64,000 bases of DNA from Alphaproteobacteria bacterium. GTDB lineage: Bacteria > Pseudomonadota > Alphaproteobacteria > Micropepsales > Micropepsaceae. A program made the position numbers and the translations under genes. The first letter of the stretch is position 1. Each line of letters opens with the position of its first letter. The stretch is taken from NCBI GenBank assembly GCA_019245415.1, contig JAFARO010000016.1, positions 31,389-95,388 on the forward strand, read 5' to 3'. The notes under the pieces were generated by a model. That model saw only the letters and a list, made by a program, of their open reading frames with translations. It searched no databases and was not told the DNA's origin. Below, one piece after another: positions 45,545 to 55,540 of the stretch.

Positions 45545-47548
45545 TCAATTGCCGATATGCGCGGCAAGGAAGGATTCGATCTCGCGCAGTACCGTTGTGC
45601 GCGCGTCCGCGTGATCGAGCGTGTGGTCGCTGCCCTCGAGCCTGACGAAGCGCACCTGCTTGCCCGCCGCCTGCAAGGCGTTGAGTTCGCGCTCGCTCTG
45701 CTGGATCGGTACGACTGTGTCCATATTGCTGTGCAGCAGCAACACGGGCGCCCGAACGTTTTGCGCATGAAACGCCGGCGAAATCGCTTCCAGCGCCGCG
45801 CTGTCGGCATAGCTGACGCCGACGCGATCCTCCCAGAAATGCATGGCGCTGGAATCGGCGCCGGCGCCTCGCGCCATGCCCAGAATGGAACGCACATCGG
45901 CAATGCCGGCATAGCTGACGGCACAGGCATAGAGGTCGGGGGTGAAGGTGGCGCCGGCCAGCGCTGCATAGCCGCCATAGCTGCCGCCGACGATGCAGAC
46001 CTTCTTGGGATCGGCGATGCCGTCGGCGATCAGCTTCTTCACGCCGTCGGTGATGTCGTCCTGCATTTTCCTGCCCCATTGGCCGTAGCCGGCGTTTCGG
46101 AACGCCACGCCGTAGCCAATCGAGCCGCGGAAGTTCGGCTGCAGCACGGCGTAGCCGCGCGACGCGAAGAACTGCGCCCAATAGTCGAAGCCGATGAAGT
46201 CACGGCCGTCCGGGCCGCCATGCGGCAAGATGACCGTCGGTAGATTGTGCGGGGACTTGCCGTTGGGCAGGGTGAGATAGGCATGGATGTCGAGCCCGTC
46301 ACGCGCCTTGTAGGGATAGGTCTTCACGTCGGCCAGGTCGCTGGGCTGCAAACCGGGCCAACCGTTCATCAGATATTCGAGATGGCTGTCGGCGGTGGTA
46401 AAAAGATAAATGCCCGGCGGATCGTGCGGATCCTGCGCGCTCACCAGGAAGGTGTCGCGTTTGCGGTTCCAAGAGGCCAGGGTCACACTTTGCCCGGGAA
46501 GCGCGGCTTCCATGCGCTTCTGGATATGGGCAAGCACGGGATCGAAGAACACGGTTTCGATCTTGTCGTCGACATAGCGGGCGCCGACCACACGCCCCGT
46601 CCAGTCGTCCTGGATGACATCCGAGACGTCGTAGTCCGGATTTTGGTAGATTACGGACGGTTGCGCGCCCGCCTTGATCGGCAGCGTTTCGAGATAGTTC
46701 TTGTCGTGACTGCCATATTTCCAAACCACGAGGCCGCTTCCGTCCATCGATAGGTTTTCCAACGCCGCATAGGAACCGCGCGTGTTGTCGAACGTAGCGG
46801 CTTCGCGCCAGCCCCCATCACGCACAAGAAACGTATCGGTATTCTTGGGCAGTTCCGATTCATCGGTCGCATCGTGACGGCCGACGAGGTTGCCGTGCTC
46901 GTCGAGCCGGTAACCGACGGTGAATCTGTCTCCGGTGTCCACCTGATCGATGCTGTTGTTGACGGCATTGACGGCAAAAATCTCGAGACGGGCACGCCCG
47001 TTGCCCAGACGTGTGTCGGCGTCGCCGGAATCGTAGTAGCGGAAGCCTTGTACGTAGACGATGTCGGGTTTGTCGACATTGAGTCCGACGATCCCGAATC
47101 CCTGGCCGCCGTTTTGCGAATAGACGCGCGTGCCCTCCATCAGGAAGAAGGGCTGGGTCTTCTGCGATATGCTGGCCGACACAATGCGCTCGAACTTGCG
47201 CAAGTTCATGCCGGTGGATTCGTCGTTGAACTTGTTCTGATAAAAGGATCCGATAATCCGATCATTATTGACCCACATCGACCCATTGGCGTCCGCGTCC
47301 TTGAGCGCGTAAACTTGCGGTTTGGCGCCCGGCGGCGGATGCAGCTGGAACACCAGAACGGCATTTCTCCCGTTCACCGGCTCCAGTGCCGAGAAATAGG
47401 TGCCGTCGGCATTGAGGTGCACACTCTGAATCGCCGGCAGATTGCCGAACGCCTCCACCGGCGGCGCGGCTTGAGCTGCGGATGCGGCGAGAAGCGCGGC
47501 AAAAGACGCGGCGGCCAAATGCGCCGCGCGAAGACGTACTGACGTCAT
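45545..47548 (-). CDS. Secreted S9 family peptidase (beta-propeller + hydrolase), copy 1
   Basis: Signal peptide; PHGGP, QPNFRGS, GGSYGG, D(TVVP), DH. Confidence 0.92.
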   Translation of the reverse strand: MTSVRLRAAHLAAASFAALLAASAAQAAPPVEAFGNLPAIQSVHLNADGTYFSALEPVNGRNAVLVFQLHPPPGAKPQVYALKDADANGSMWVNNDRIIGSFYQNKFNDESTGMNLRKFERIVSASISQKTQPFFLMEGTRVYSQNGGQGFGIVGLNVDKPDIVYVQGFRYYDSGDADTRLGNGRARLEIFAVNAVNNSIDQVDTGDRFTVGYRLDEHGNLVGRHDATDESELPKNTDTFLVRDGGWREAATFDNTRGSYAALENLSMDGSGLVVWKYGSHDKNYLETLPIKAGAQPSVIYQNPDYDVSDVIQDDWTGRVVGARYVDDKIETVFFDPVLAHIQKRMEAALPGQSVTLASWNRKRDTFLVSAQDPHDPPGIYLFTTADSHLEYLMNGWPGLQPSDLADVKTYPYKARDGLDIHAYLTLPNGKSPHNLPTVILPHGGPDGRDFIGFDYWAQFFASRGYAVLQPNFRGSIGYGVAFRNAGYGQWGRKMQDDITDGVKKLIADGIADPKKVCIVGGSYGGYAALAGATFTPDLYACAVSYAGIADVRSILGMARGAGADSSAMHFWEDRVGVSYADSAALEAISPAFHAQNVRAPVLLLHSNMDTVVPIQQSERELNALQAAGKQVRFVRLEGSDHTLDHADARTTVLREIESFLAAHIGN

Positions 47549-47641
47549 GGTGATCCCCAGCTCGAGCCTTAAGGCGATCATTTGCAATTTGCACGCAAAA
47601 CGCCAGTCCCAAATACACTCTGCGCGAAATGACGCGCTTGG

Positions 47642-49552
47642 TTAACGGCCGCTGCCGAGGTTTTTGGCGAGAAACCGCTCGGTCTCCGTCAGCAGCCGCG
47701 TCCGCGTGGCGGCGAATTCGAGATAGTGGTCGTCGCCATCGAGAACGACCAATTCCGCCTGTTTTCCGGCACGTCTCAGCGCCTCGTCTTCCAACCGGCT
47801 CTGTTGGATGGGGATGGTGGCGTCCTTCTCGCTGTGGATCAGCAGAACCGGGATCGTCACCTTGTCGGCGAACCGCACGGGCGAGGCCGATTCGAGCTTT
47901 CCCGGTTCGCGGTCCGCGCCTATTCGCCGCCGCCAGACCGACGCAGCCTCCGATTGAAACGTCGTTCCTTCGTCGACCAGCCGGTCGAGATCGGAGATAC
48001 CCGCGAAACTCTCGGCGCAACGGTAGAGATGAGGCGAGAAACTGGCGCCCGCCAATGCGAGATATCCGCCATACGATCCGCCGACGATGCAGATCTTCCT
48101 TGGGTCGGCGACGCCCTCGGCGACCAGCTTGTCGATCCCATCCTGAAGATCGCTCTGCACCTTCGTTTCCCAGACGCCATCACCGGCCCTGACGAAATCG
48201 CGGCCATAGCCGGAGGAGCCGCGATAATTGGGCTGCAGCACCGCATAGCCGCGCGTCGCCATGTACTGCCCCCACCAGTCGAAACGCAGGCTGCTGCGGG
48301 ACTCCGGTCCGCCATGGGGAAAGATCACCAATGGCAGATCGCGCGCCGCCTTGCCGGGAGGCAGCGTCAAATAGGCTTGGATGGCCTGACCGTCGCGCGC
48401 TTTGTAAGGATAGGCGCGGACGTCACCCAGATCTTGAGACTTTAGGCCGGGATAGGCCTCTTGGACGATATCCACGCGGCTATTGGCGACGGTATAGAGA
48501 GAGAACACCGGCGGGTTCTTGGGTCCGTCTGTGGAGATGACATAATGCGCGCCGGCCGCGTCGTGCGATTGGATCTCGACCGATTGGCCGGGAAACGCCT
48601 TTTCCATCGCGTCCTGGACATGCTGCAGGCGGGTATCGAAGTAGCGCGCGCGCGGACGATCGTCGATCCAGGTGACGCCGACGATGCGCCCGGTCCGTTC
48701 GTCGCGGATGACCTGTGCGAGATCGTAGCGTTCGTCTTCGAACAGCGCCCGAGCGATGCCCGCTTGTGGGGTCCAGGCATAGAGTCCCATGGTGCCGGAC
48801 GCGCTGGGTTTGCGCACAGCGAAAACGCCGTCGGCGGTGAGTCCAAGGATGCAGAAATCGTCGACGCCTTTGACCTTGTAGCTGTACACGTCCTGCCCGC
48901 CCATGACGACGTGATCGGTCAGATCCCAATCCTGGTCGAGCCGCCCCAGCACCTTGCCGAAGCCGTCGGTGAAGAAGGCGATGGTGCCGGGTTCGCCATG
49001 CAGGACGAGATGGGCGTTTCCGCTTGCCAGCTCGACGCTGTAGAGATCGAGCAATTGCTTGGAGTCCCAAAGGTCGGTCTCGGTGAGATAGACGTGGGCG
49101 GGATCGGACGCGTCGAGGTCGACCACGGCGCCTCCGCCATGGTTCGATTCGAAAGACGGCGCGTCGTGCATCAGCAGCGCCGCCTTCTTCGTCGCGGTAT
49201 CGACGGCGTAGGCGCGTGTCGAGGCATCGAGCAGGCGGGAATCGGCACCGCCGACATTGGCGTGGAAGACGGCGATGAGCATCGTGTCGCTCTTCCAGTA
49301 CAGCATGCCGGCATTGGCAGCCTTCATGCCGACGATCTGCGGTGGCGCGGACGAGGCAAGGTCATAGATCGCGACCTTCTGCAGACCCTCGAAGGGACCG
49401 ATCAGTGCGAGCTTCTTGCCGTCCGGCGACAGCCGTGCCAGCGACACCCGGGGCAGATCGCCGAACAAGGCTGTCGGCGGTGGCGCCGCGCGCGCCGCCG
49501 ATAGACAAAGAATCGCCGCCGCGGCGCATACCGCATGTCGAATCGATTTCAT
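47642..49552 (-). CDS. Secreted S9 family peptidase, copy 2
   Basis: Signal peptide; PHGGP, QPNYRGS, GGSYGG, D(ATIP), DDH. Confidence 0.92.
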   Translation of the reverse strand: MKSIRHAVCAAAAILCLSAARAAPPPTALFGDLPRVSLARLSPDGKKLALIGPFEGLQKVAIYDLASSAPPQIVGMKAANAGMLYWKSDTMLIAVFHANVGGADSRLLDASTRAYAVDTATKKAALLMHDAPSFESNHGGGAVVDLDASDPAHVYLTETDLWDSKQLLDLYSVELASGNAHLVLHGEPGTIAFFTDGFGKVLGRLDQDWDLTDHVVMGGQDVYSYKVKGVDDFCILGLTADGVFAVRKPSASGTMGLYAWTPQAGIARALFEDERYDLAQVIRDERTGRIVGVTWIDDRPRARYFDTRLQHVQDAMEKAFPGQSVEIQSHDAAGAHYVISTDGPKNPPVFSLYTVANSRVDIVQEAYPGLKSQDLGDVRAYPYKARDGQAIQAYLTLPPGKAARDLPLVIFPHGGPESRSSLRFDWWGQYMATRGYAVLQPNYRGSSGYGRDFVRAGDGVWETKVQSDLQDGIDKLVAEGVADPRKICIVGGSYGGYLALAGASFSPHLYRCAESFAGISDLDRLVDEGTTFQSEAASVWRRRIGADREPGKLESASPVRFADKVTIPVLLIHSEKDATIPIQQSRLEDEALRRAGKQAELVVLDGDDHYLEFAATRTRLLTETERFLAKNLGSGR

Positions 49553-49586
49553 CCGCCAGCCCTGGCCGTCCCGCGAGCAGTTTCCT

Positions 49587-50339
49587 TCATGGCGCCAAAA
49601 AGTCGAGAACCGCCTGCTTATGGACCCTGTCGCCGACGGCGCTCATGTGATCGCGTTTCGCGATCGTGACCGCCACACCCGCCGGAAACGCCGCTGCCAG
49701 CGGCCCCGGCGCCCCGGTGAGCGCGTCCTTCTCGCCGCAGACCACGAGCACCGGTCCTGGCCAGGACTTCAGCTGATCGGCCTGATACACGGTGCGCGCC
49801 TTGCGCATGCATGCCGCCAGCGCCGCAAGGTCCTTGCCTGCCTGGCCCGCGAAAAGGCGGAACTGCTTCTGGACCGGGTCGGTGATGGTCGCGGGGTCGG
49901 GCGCGGCCAGCGCATCGGCGATGGCGAGCCGGCGTTTCGGCGCGTCGCGGAAATAGGTCTCGCCGACGCCGCCGATCACCGCTCGCCTCACGCGTGCGGG
50001 ATGGCGCATCATCATCCCCATGGCGAGCATGCCGCCCATCGAATAGCCCAAGACGTCTGCGCTTGCGACATCGGCCGCATCCATGACGGCAGCGACGTCG
50101 TCGATCATGCGGTCGCCGTAGAAAGCGGGATCGTGCGGCTTGCCGCTTTCGCCGTGGCCGCGACAGTCCAGCGCAACCACCCGATGTCCGGCTGCGGTCA
50201 GCGCCTCGTACCAGCCGGGCGCGCGCCAGTTCTGCTCCCGATCCGAGGCGAAACCATGGATCAGGACGATGGGTGGGCCCTCGCCCAAAGCTTCCCAAGC
50301 GATATGGACGCCGTCGCCGGCCTGGGCATAGTTCGTCAT
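49587..50339 (-). CDS. Alpha/beta hydrolase
   Basis: HGFAS, DCRGHG, GYSMGG, RDHM. Confidence 0.88.
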   Translation of the reverse strand: MTNYAQAGDGVHIAWEALGEGPPIVLIHGFASDREQNWRAPGWYEALTAAGHRVVALDCRGHGESGKPHDPAFYGDRMIDDVAAVMDAADVASADVLGYSMGGMLAMGMMMRHPARVRRAVIGGVGETYFRDAPKRRLAIADALAAPDPATITDPVQKQFRLFAGQAGKDLAALAACMRKARTVYQADQLKSWPGPVLVVCGEKDALTGAPGPLAAAFPAGVAVTIAKRDHMSAVGDRVHKQAVLDFLAP

Positions 50340-50403
50340 GCGCGGAGCTTCGCAAAGCGCGCTGCGGCTGTCTATGATCGCCGGCGGCCGCAAGGATGAA
50401 ACC

Positions 50404-51678
50404 ATGTCTCTCGCAGCGCTCAAGAAAGAGGCGGTTGCCGCCGTCGATGCGATGCGTGCCGAGCTGCTGGCGCTCAGCCACGCGATCCATGGCGAGCCGG
50501 AACTGGCGCTGGAGGAGGTGAAGGCCTCGCAGCGGCTGACCGGCGCGGTGGAGAGCCACGGCGTTGCGGTGCAGCGCGGAGCCTTCGGCCTCAAGACCGC
50601 CTTTGCCGCGGAGTTCGGCAACAGCGCCGGCCCCACCATCGCGGTGCTTTCAGAATACGACGCCCTGCCGGGCATCGGCCATGCCTGCGGCCACAACATC
50701 ATCGCAACCGCCGGACTTGGTGCGGCGCTCGCGCTTTCCAAGCTGAACGGCCTGCCGGGACGGGTACGCTATCTGGGCACGCCGGCAGAGGAACGCTATG
50801 GCGGAAAGGAGCTGATGGCGCGGGAGGGAGCCTTCGATCGCAGCGACGCGGCGATGATGATCCACCCCTCCAATCTCAATCTCGTCACCATGCCCTGCAT
50901 TGCGGTGTGCGACGTGAGCGCGGTGTTCCATGGCCGCGCGGCGCATGCCTCTGCCATGCCGTATCGCGGACTGAATGCGCTGGACGCGGTGATCACGGCC
51001 TATCAGGCGATCGCGCAGTTGCGCCAGCACATCCGCAACACCGACCGCATCCACGGCATCATCACTGAAGGCGGCCTGGCCGCGAACATCGTGCCCGAGC
51101 GCGCCGCCTGCCGCTTTTTCGTGCGCTCGGTGGACGGCAAGGAGCTCCTGGCGCTGAAGCACCGCGTGCAGGCCTGCTTCGAGGCCGGCGCGCTGGCGAC
51201 CGGCTGCCGGGTGGAGACGAAATGGGGCGAGACCAATTATCTCGACCTCAAGACCAACTGGCCGATGGCGGAAGCCTATCAGCGCAACGCCGAAGCGCTG
51301 GGCCTGGAGTTCTTCGCACTCAAGGATCTGCCGCCGGGCTATGCTGGCTCGACCGACATGGGCAATGTCAGCCACCGCGTGCCTTCGATCCATCCCTGCC
51401 TCGGCGTCGCGCCGCTCAATGTCATCATCCACAATGCCGAGTTCGCGCGCCACGCCGCTTCGGACAAGGCCGACCAAGCGGTGATCGACGGCGCCAAATC
51501 GATGGCGATGACGATGCTGGACCTGATGGGCGATGGCGCTTTGCTCGCAAGCGTCAAATCGGACTTCGCGGCGACGGCAGAAGCCTCGAGAGCGGCGCTC
51601 GCCGCCGCCGCCGAGCTGCACGATGTCGCACAAGCCCATGCGCACGGGCACGCCCATGCCGGGTGCGGTTGCGCGTGA
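50404..51678 (+). CDS. M20 family amidohydrolase (AbgB/PM20D2-like) with His/Cys tail
   Basis: EYDALPGIGHACGHN, GTPAEE, HPS, HASA, GSTDMGNVS. Confidence 0.9.
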   Translation: MSLAALKKEAVAAVDAMRAELLALSHAIHGEPELALEEVKASQRLTGAVESHGVAVQRGAFGLKTAFAAEFGNSAGPTIAVLSEYDALPGIGHACGHNIIATAGLGAALALSKLNGLPGRVRYLGTPAEERYGGKELMAREGAFDRSDAAMMIHPSNLNLVTMPCIAVCDVSAVFHGRAAHASAMPYRGLNALDAVITAYQAIAQLRQHIRNTDRIHGIITEGGLAANIVPERAACRFFVRSVDGKELLALKHRVQACFEAGALATGCRVETKWGETNYLDLKTNWPMAEAYQRNAEALGLEFFALKDLPPGYAGSTDMGNVSHRVPSIHPCLGVAPLNVIIHNAEFARHAASDKADQAVIDGAKSMAMTMLDLMGDGALLASVKSDFAATAEASRAALAAAAELHDVAQAHAHGHAHAGCGCA

Positions 51679-52046
51679 GACCCTGGCTGTTCCTTGCCGG
51701 ACTGAACGGCGCGCTTGCAGTCCTGCTCGGCGCAGTGGCGGCACACGCACTGCAGAACCGCCTCGATGCCCATGCGCAAGCGTTGTTCGAGACCGCCGCG
51801 CGCTATCACCTTGCACATGCGCTGGCATTGGGCTTGGCGGCATTCGCGATCGGCCATGGCGGCGGCCGCGCCGCCACGATCGCGGCTGCGCTGTTCGTCA
51901 TCGGCATCGTATTGTTCTCGGGCTCGCTTTATCTCTACGCGCTTGTGGGAGAACGCGCGCTCGCCTTCGTCACGCCCTTCGGGGGAGTCGCCTTGATCGC
52001 GGGATGGATCGCGCTCGCTGCGTCCGCGTTGCGGGTGCACCAATGA
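51675..52046 (+). CDS. DUF423 (YgdD/TMEM256) membrane protein
   Basis: LGAVAAHAL, YHLAHALA, LFSGSLY, TPFGGV. Confidence 0.9.
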   Translation: MRPWLFLAGLNGALAVLLGAVAAHALQNRLDAHAQALFETAARYHLAHALALGLAAFAIGHGGGRAATIAAALFVIGIVLFSGSLYLYALVGERALAFVTPFGGVALIAGWIALAASALRVHQ

Positions 52047-53497
52047 GCGAAGAGGTTCTGGTTGCGGGTGCAGGCATCGCCGGGCTGGGCGTGGCGCTGG
52101 CGCTGGGCGACAGCCGCAGAGTCACCCTGATCGACCGCGATCCGCCGGCGCCGCAAGGCGATACCGAAGACGCCTTCCTGCATTGGGAACGGCGCGGCGC
52201 GACGCAGCTGCGCCACAGCCACGTCTTCCTCGGCCGCCTGACCCGGCTGTTGGAGATGCGCTATCCCGAGCTGCTGCGCGATCTGGTCGATGCCGGCGCG
52301 CGCATCTTCACCTTCGAGGACGGCTTGCCGCCTCCGCTGCGCGCCGGCTACGTCAAGAAGCCGGGCGACGAGGAGCTTTCGATCCTGTTCTCGCGGCGCA
52401 CCACGCTCGAGCTGGTGATGCGCCGGTATGTCGCGCGGATGGGAAACGTGCGGATCCTCACCGATACCGCCGTACGGGGCATCGTCGTCGCGGATGGCGC
52501 GGCGCGGGGGCTGGCGGTAGGGGACGCAGGGGAGACTTTGCGCGCGGACCTCATCGTCGATGCCAGCGGCCGCAACACGGCGTTTCCCGACTGGTTGCGC
52601 GCGCAAGGGCTGAGCGTTCGCGAGGAAACGAGCCCGGCCGGCATCCTCTATTTCACCCGGCACTACCGGATGAACGACGGCGCGCAGGAACCGGTTCGCG
52701 ACGGAACGCCGGGCGCGGGCGACCTCGGCTACATCAAGTACGGCGTCTTTCCCGCCGACAATCGCCATTTCTCCGTGACGCTCGCGGTGCCCGAGATTGA
52801 GAACGAGCTGCGCACCGCGGTGATGCGGCCCGAGATCTTCGACGCGATCTGCAGCCAGATTCCAGGCACGGCGCGCTGGACCGATGCCGCTCGCGCGGCG
52901 CCGGCCAGCAAGGTCTTCGCCATGGGCAATCTGGTGAGCGTCTGGCGCAGCACCGTCGATGCCGGCGTGCCGCAGCTTCTGAATTTCTTCGCCGTCGGCG
53001 ACGCCGCGGTGCGCACCAACCCGCTCTACGGCCGCGGCTGTTCGGCGGGCGTGGTGCATGCCCATGTCCTGCGCCAGTGCCTGAATGCGAGCGCCAATCC
53101 GCGCACCCGCGCGCTGTTGTTCGAAGCGGAGACGCGAAAGGCATTGCGGCCTTACTTCGACTCCATGGTGCGCCAGGACCGCCAGGCCATCCGCCGCGCG
53201 GAAGCCGAGCGCGATCCGCATCACGCTCCTTCTTTTCGCGCGCGCGCGATCAAGTCGCTGATCGAGGACGCGGTCGGACCCGCAGCCCGCGGCGACATCG
53301 AAAGCCTGCGCGCCTTTTCGCGCGCCTTCCACATGGTCGATGTTCCCGATCTGTGGTGGCGCGATCCGGGCCAGGTGGCGCGGCTGCTGCGCTTCTGGTC
53401 CATGCCGAAATCGATAAAGCGCGCGCGCGGCTTCTATCCGCCGAAATTCGGGCCCGACCGCGCCGCCATGCTTAGCCATTTGAAACTCGCAAGCTGA
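52043..53497 (+). CDS. FAD-dependent oxidoreductase/monooxygenase
   Basis: GAGIAG, RRGATQLRHSH, VDASGR, VGDAAVRTNPLYGRG. Confidence 0.88.
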   Translation: MSEEVLVAGAGIAGLGVALALGDSRRVTLIDRDPPAPQGDTEDAFLHWERRGATQLRHSHVFLGRLTRLLEMRYPELLRDLVDAGARIFTFEDGLPPPLRAGYVKKPGDEELSILFSRRTTLELVMRRYVARMGNVRILTDTAVRGIVVADGAARGLAVGDAGETLRADLIVDASGRNTAFPDWLRAQGLSVREETSPAGILYFTRHYRMNDGAQEPVRDGTPGAGDLGYIKYGVFPADNRHFSVTLAVPEIENELRTAVMRPEIFDAICSQIPGTARWTDAARAAPASKVFAMGNLVSVWRSTVDAGVPQLLNFFAVGDAAVRTNPLYGRGCSAGVVHAHVLRQCLNASANPRTRALLFEAETRKALRPYFDSMVRQDRQAIRRAEAERDPHHAPSFRARAIKSLIEDAVGPAARGDIESLRAFSRAFHMVDVPDLWWRDPGQVARLLRFWSMPKSIKRARGFYPPKFGPDRAAMLSHLKLAS

Positions 53498-53510
53498 TTG
53501 GAGAAACGCC

Positions 53511-54476
53511 ATGACGGACTTCCCCCTGCCCACCATGATCAAGACCAACGGCATCGACATGGCCGTCCACGAGATGGGGCCGAAGGACGGCTTGCCGGTG
53601 GTGCTTTGTCACGGCTTTCCGGAACTCGCCTATTCCTGGCGCCATCAGCTGCCGGCGCTGGCGGCGGCGGGCTATCGCGCCATCGCGCCCGATCAGCGCG
53701 GCTATGGACGCAGCGCACGCCCCGCCGCGGTCAATGACTACGACATGGCGCATCTGACCGGCGATCTCGCCGGCATGCTCGATGCGCTGGGACTGAAGGA
53801 CGCCGTCTTCGTCGGCCACGACTGGGGCGGATTGGTCGTGTGGCAGATGCCGATCTACCAGCCCAAGCGCGTCAAGGGCGTGATCGGGGTCAATACGCCG
53901 TTCATGGCGCGGCCGCCGATCGACCCGATCATGGGTTTGAAGGCCATGCGCGGAGAAAACAATTATGTCGTCTTCTTCCAGAAGCCGGGCATCGCCGATG
54001 CGGTGCTGGCCAAGGACGTGGACAAGACCTTCCGCTTCTTCATGCGGCGCGGCATGGTCAAGGCGAAGGACTTCGCCGCGCTGCCGCAGGAAGCCAAGAA
54101 CTTCGAACTGGTGAAGGCGATCCAGGAAGACGAAGCCGGCTGGCGCGGCGAGGTTCTCCTCAGCGAGGCCGAGATGAAGGTCTTCGTCGACGCCTTCCGC
54201 GAGAGCGGTTTCACCGGCGGCATCAACTGGTACCGCAACATCACGCGCAACTGGGAGCAGAGCGGGACCATGGAACAGCGTGTGCACGTGCCGGGGCTGA
54301 TGATCATGGCCGAGGACGACGTCGTTCTTCCTCCCTCCATGACCGACGGCATGGAACGCTTCGTGCCCGATCTGGAGCGCGTGCTGATTGCGGATTGCGG
54401 CCACTGGACCCAGCAGGAAAAGCCCGAGGAAACCAGCCGCGCCATGATCGCGTGGTTGAAAAAGCGGTTTGGGTAG
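53511..54476 (+). CDS. Epoxide hydrolase (alpha/beta fold)
   Basis: HGFPE, GHDWGG (Asp nucleophile), NWYRN (lid Tyr), DCGHWTQQE. Confidence 0.9.
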   Translation: MTDFPLPTMIKTNGIDMAVHEMGPKDGLPVVLCHGFPELAYSWRHQLPALAAAGYRAIAPDQRGYGRSARPAAVNDYDMAHLTGDLAGMLDALGLKDAVFVGHDWGGLVVWQMPIYQPKRVKGVIGVNTPFMARPPIDPIMGLKAMRGENNYVVFFQKPGIADAVLAKDVDKTFRFFMRRGMVKAKDFAALPQEAKNFELVKAIQEDEAGWRGEVLLSEAEMKVFVDAFRESGFTGGINWYRNITRNWEQSGTMEQRVHVPGLMIMAEDDVVLPPSMTDGMERFVPDLERVLIADCGHWTQQEKPEETSRAMIAWLKKRFG

Positions 54477-54505
54477 CAAGCTATGCACCTGACAATAAAA
54501 CGAAG

Positions 54506-54584
54506 TGTCATCGCCCGCTTCATGCGGGCGACCCAATTTTTTACGAAAGAAAGATGGGTCGCCCGGACAAGCCGGGCGATGACG
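54506..54584. repeat. REP-like double hairpin (GTCATCGCCCG family)
   Basis: TGTCATCGCCCGC...CCCGGACAAGCCGGGCGATGAC. Confidence 0.85.
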
Positions 54585-54655
54585 ACCTTATTTTGAACGG
54601 GAGAGGTGCGGCATAGCCCTTCATTCCGACCTGCCCGCCGTGCGATGATGGTGCC

Positions 54656-55540
54656 ATGGCCGAGTCATCGGACGCGCTCGATACCTTCTCCTACGCCTCG
54701 GCGGAGGACCCCAGACTCAAGCGCTTCATCATCCGCGTCATCGAACGGCTGACGGGCCAGCCCTATCTGCGCTGGCTCTATGAGGATTTCCGAGCCAACA
54801 CGTCCGGCGGATCGTTCTGGGATTCCGCGATCGAACGCCTCGAGCTCAAGATCGTCTGCGACGAGGACAAGCTCGCGCAATGGCCGAAGAGCGGACCGCT
54901 GGTCGTCGTCTCCAACCATCCCTTCGGCGTGCTCGACGGCGTCGTGATCTGCCAGCTGGTCAACCGCGTGCGGCAGGATTTCCGCGTGCTGACCAATTCG
55001 GTGCTCTACCGCGCCGAAGAGATCCGGCCCTTCCTGCTGCCGATCGATTTCTCCGAGAGCGAGGAGGCGCTGCGCACCAACCTGAAATCCCGCGCCGAGG
55101 CCAAGGCGCATCTGATGGGCGGCGGGTGTCTGGTGGTCTTTCCCGCGGGCGCGGTCTCGACCACGCCGACGGTGTGGCACAGGCGCGCGATGGACACCGA
55201 CTGGAAGCTGTTCACCGCGCGGCTGATCACCGTGGCGAAGGCGCCGGTCGCGCCGGTGTTCTTCGCCGGCCAGAACAGCCGCCTGTTCCAGCTCGCCAGC
55301 CATGTCAGCATGACGCTCAGGCTGTCGCTGCTGTTCAAGGAAGTGCACGACAAGATCGGCAGCGAGATCCGCATCCGCATCGGCGACGTCATTCCCTATG
55401 ACCGCCTCGCCACCATCTCCGACCGCAACCAGCTGATGGAGCATCTGCGCGACGCCACCTATGCGTTGGGCGAGGGCCTCGCCAATCCGCCGAAATCGCG
55501 CATCAAGCGGCCGCGCCGCGCACCCAAGCCGCAAGCATGA
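54656..55540 (+). CDS. Lysophospholipid acyltransferase family protein
   Basis: NHPFGVLD (HX4D), VFPAG. Confidence 0.88.
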   Translation: MAESSDALDTFSYASAEDPRLKRFIIRVIERLTGQPYLRWLYEDFRANTSGGSFWDSAIERLELKIVCDEDKLAQWPKSGPLVVVSNHPFGVLDGVVICQLVNRVRQDFRVLTNSVLYRAEEIRPFLLPIDFSESEEALRTNLKSRAEAKAHLMGGGCLVVFPAGAVSTTPTVWHRRAMDTDWKLFTARLITVAKAPVAPVFFAGQNSRLFQLASHVSMTLRLSLLFKEVHDKIGSEIRIRIGDVIPYDRLATISDRNQLMEHLRDATYALGEGLANPPKSRIKRPRRAPKPQA

